A program made the position numbers and the translations under genes. Below, piece by piece: positions 61,240-64,000 of a stretch of DNA of 64,000 nucleotides. The notes beneath the pieces are model-generated. The model did no database searches and had not been told where the DNA came from. It saw nothing but the letters and a program-made list of their open reading frames with translations. Source of the DNA: an uncultured bacterium. Its GTDB lineage: Bacteria > Verrucomicrobiota > Verrucomicrobiia > Limisphaerales > UBA8199. The stretch spans positions 448,001 through 512,000 of the forward strand of contig CAVVMW010000012.1 of assembly GCA_963749495.1 (NCBI GenBank), in the 5' to 3' direction. The number at the start of each line of letters is the position of its first letter. The stretch's first letter is position 1.

Positions 61240-63093
61240 TCAAGGCTTCTCAGGAATGGGCCAGCGTTGCGCCGGAGGCCCCTCAAGGTCCGCCCAGAAA
61301 TTGAGTTTTCCATCGTCCATCCGCAAGGCAGTCAGTTCGGGCTCCGAGGTTCCGAGGAGCGCCGCACGTTGATAGAGCGGTCCAGGACCTTCCTTGCCGT
61401 AAAACACAGGCACCTCTTTCTTCTCAAAATCTGAATACCCGGTTGGATGCTCATCGCCCAGCGGCTCCATCGCCACGACCGTGTCGCCTCGCCAATGGAC
61501 ACGATAGTGGTAGTGCCGGAACCCCGGGTTGCCGATCTCAACCTCCTCGGTCCTCGGCGCCAGCGGATAGGTGATCTTGAGGGTGGTGTCGCGGGAGTGG
61601 CGCCCTAATTCGGCATAGTTGCCCCATATCTTGACCGTGACGGGGACACCTCCCGTCTCCGCTTTCAGGGCGCCCGGCTCCACGAAATCGGGGAGGCGCA
61701 CCCGCACCGCGCAGTCTGCCTTGAGCCGGATCGTCAAGCGGCCCTCGAAAGGTTGGTAGCCACGGACCTCCGCCTGCGGCAGCAACTTGTCAAAGTGCAT
61801 GTGCACTGAGAGAGTGCCGTTCTCGAAAGAGGCCGCATTCTTCCATGCGATGAAAAAGCCGTGCGTGCCGGAGCCGCCACAGCAGTTCTGGAGGACGCGC
61901 GTCTTCCCGCGCAATTCCGGACCACCCCAGTGAAGCGTCTCGCAGGCGGCCAGAAAATGCGTGGGCGAACTCCAGCCGGCATAACCGCCCTCGAGGCGCG
62001 CGGCCAGTTCGCGCCAGGTGAATTGCTCGGTGTCAGGCTTCCCGGTCGCGGGCTTGAGCCAGGAAAGGTCTGTGGCCTGGCTCTCGGCCAGTTGATTGCG
62101 CACGACCCGCTCCACGTCGCCCCAATACTCCGGATGGCCGTGATTTGCGAGGGTCACCCCCAGGCCGACGTAATCCATCAGCGCGCAGGTCTCGGTCGCC
62201 ACGACGTCGCCCTTGCGCCCGATCACCTCCGGCAGGAAGCCAAAGCTCGTGGCTTCAGAGCGAACGTAGCGGTACAACGCATCCACGCGGCTGAACAGCA
62301 CCGGGTCCTTCGTGTAAAGGGCATAATCCGCCGCCCCGACCAGAGTGCGGAGGTTTCCGTGCATGTGCCCGCCGTGGCGGAAGGTGTTGTCCGGGCTGAA
62401 CAGCGGGCTTTCGACGAACACCCTCTGGACCTGCTTGCGCGCCAGCTTCAAAGCGTTCTCGTCGTGCAGGACCCGGGCGCTGGCCATGAGGCTCTTGATA
62501 ATGAACCCGTTCAAGAAACCGTCCCCGCCCCCTTTGCCCTGCTCGGTCCGGGCGAGCAGGCTGGCAGTCATCTTGAGAATCACCTGCTTCAAGCTCTCCT
62601 CCGGCGTGTCTTCGTAGGCGGTGACCAGCGCGTAGAGGGTGAGCGCCTGGTCGCCGGGGTCGGCAACCTTCTGCGAGAAACTGGTTTGCGGACGCGTCAG
62701 CAGGCCGGTCTCGGGATCGATCAGTTCGAGAAGTTTGCGCCGCCAAATCGCCTCGATGGGAGCCCGTTCCCCGGTCATGTGCCGGGCCATGATTGCGGCC
62801 TGGAACTGCCGGGCCATGACATCGCCAAAGTCCGGCCAGTCATGTGCCGCCTCGGCAGGCTCGGTCCAGAAGATGTTGAAATAGGGCAGGCCATTCGTGT
62901 CCACCATCCCATTGAGATAGTTGAGGCTGCGGCGGGCGAACGGTTCCAGCGCAAAAGTCCGGGGCGCTTTCCCCGGGTGGCCGGCTTCACCGCGTGCCAG
63001 GACCAAGCCCGGTGCGGCCACGGCCCAGGTCAACAGGCAGGGAACCAGAATTGCGCCAGGCCAAGATCGAGAGATGTCATAGTGGAATCGCAT
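61240..63093 (-). CDS. GH127/GH146-like glycoside hydrolase
   Basis: Signal peptide, ETC, ER..RNQL..Q, CCGGSG, VRLP.F. Confidence 0.7.
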   Translation of the reverse strand: MRFHYDISRSWPGAILVPCLLTWAVAAPGLVLARGEAGHPGKAPRTFALEPFARRSLNYLNGMVDTNGLPYFNIFWTEPAEAAHDWPDFGDVMARQFQAAIMARHMTGERAPIEAIWRRKLLELIDPETGLLTRPQTSFSQKVADPGDQALTLYALVTAYEDTPEESLKQVILKMTASLLARTEQGKGGGDGFLNGFIIKSLMASARVLHDENALKLARKQVQRVFVESPLFSPDNTFRHGGHMHGNLRTLVGAADYALYTKDPVLFSRVDALYRYVRSEATSFGFLPEVIGRKGDVVATETCALMDYVGLGVTLANHGHPEYWGDVERVVRNQLAESQATDLSWLKPATGKPDTEQFTWRELAARLEGGYAGWSSPTHFLAACETLHWGGPELRGKTRVLQNCCGGSGTHGFFIAWKNAASFENGTLSVHMHFDKLLPQAEVRGYQPFEGRLTIRLKADCAVRVRLPDFVEPGALKAETGGVPVTVKIWGNYAELGRHSRDTTLKITYPLAPRTEEVEIGNPGFRHYHYRVHWRGDTVVAMEPLGDEHPTGYSDFEKKEVPVFYGKEGPGPLYQRAALLGTSEPELTALRMDDGKLNFWADLEGPPAQRWPIPEKP

Positions 63094-63252
63094 GTGCTGA
63101 CTCTAAACCCACCGCCTCGCCACACAAAAGCGGAAAGAGTGGACCGGATGGTTGCCCGACGCTGCCATCAAGATCGCCTGGCGCAACTTGGGAATGCAAT
63201 TGCACCTACGGACGCGATTGGAGGCTTTCCATGAACCGTCGAAGCCCGCAAG

Positions 63253-63331
63253 GTTTTGGACTGCGCCAGTCCTCTGGCGCTTTTCGGACGATGGGTACAT
63301 GAAAGCGCCAGAGGACTGGCGCAGTCCAAAA
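63253..63331. repeat. REP-like palindrome, family B
   Basis: gttttggactgcgccagtcctctggcgcttt / aaagcgccagaggactggcgcagtccaaaac. Confidence 0.88.
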
Positions 63332-63488
63332 CGCTTCGCGGCCTCGGGGCCCCTGACCGGTTCACGGTCCCAATGCATTGGCAGAAGCCAAAGGGGGCTC
63401 TCCATGAACCCCGGGCTCCGGCAAAACGTCTCGCCATGGCGGCTGTCCAATCCCAGTGCATGCTCATTTCCGAAAACACATTCGCGTG

Positions 63489-64000
63489 ATGAAAGCGGTG
63501 AATTCCTTCCTGTTTTGTCTTGCCTTCGCCGCCTGTGCGCGCCTGCTCGCGCAGGAAGCCACGCCACCCCACGGCGCGCCGGATGCGGTACACACCGTCT
63601 ATCTCGAATACCAGGAGGCCGAGCGCGGCTTCATCTCCTGGACCATCTTCGTCCCGCCCCAAACCGCCCCGTTCAGCAAAGAGCCGGATTTCGGCCGGCG
63701 GCCAGTCTGCCGCGGGAGCCTGCGGCTGGGGAGCGCACCCGAGGATGCCGTCCCTTTCGCGTGGGACCCGCGCCAGGGCAAACTCTACCTCGACCTCAAT
63801 CGCAACGGGGACCTGACGGACGACCCGAACGGGGTGTTTTCAGCCAAGCCAACTGCCGTCCAGACCTTTACGAACATCCACCTGGAATTCAAGACTGCAA
63901 TGGGCACCCGCCCGCTGTTGGCCGATTTGAGTCTCTACGGGTGGGGCAACCGGTGGGGCAACCGGCTCACCGTTACTCTCGCGTGCCGTTCCTTCTGGGC
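63489..64000 (+). CDS. Secreted hypothetical protein (runs off window)
   Basis: MKAVNSFLFCLAFAACARLLAQ signal; LYLDLNRNGDLTDD Ca-binding-like motif; open to window end. Confidence 0.75.
   Translation, partial: MKAVNSFLFCLAFAACARLLAQEATPPHGAPDAVHTVYLEYQEAERGFISWTIFVPPQTAPFSKEPDFGRRPVCRGSLRLGSAPEDAVPFAWDPRQGKLYLDLNRNGDLTDDPNGVFSAKPTAVQTFTNIHLEFKTAMGTRPLLADLSLYGWGNRWGNRLTVTLACRSFW

Overview
High-GC bacterial chromosome segment, probably Verrucomicrobiota. This is an inference from gene content: a prepilin/H-X9-DG protein, CII-like and PUR-like small proteins, and many secreted carbohydrate-active hypotheticals. Core genes include pheT, cutA, a lactate permease, nagA with two amidohydrolases, a MacAB-like ABC exporter, a xylA-like isomerase, a two-component pair, Hsp20-lon and a nuclease-DinG helicase. 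Accessory inserts between them include toxin-antitoxin remnants, a ~10 kb island (AlbA/HATPase remnant, a Dcd/dUTPase-fold protein with two TM helices, RAYT-like transposase remnants, three GYF-domain genes), an ABC-ATPase + DUF4276 pair and several IS elements or remnants. At least seven REP-like palindrome families and many 7-mer microsatellites are present, plus a 107-bp tandem array. Single-base frameshifts in several conserved genes, including essential pheT, are probably sequencing errors. The most notable patterns are: (i) two independent cargo blocks, each bracketed by a diverged duplicate of the downstream host gene's promoter or 5' end; (ii) REP palindromes translated in frame inside two proteins; (iii) a Dcd-fold, coiled-coil, 2TM protein apparently lacking the catalytic Glu. 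No CRISPR array, rRNA or tRNA was recognised. Family assignments come from motif recognition by eye, not database searches.
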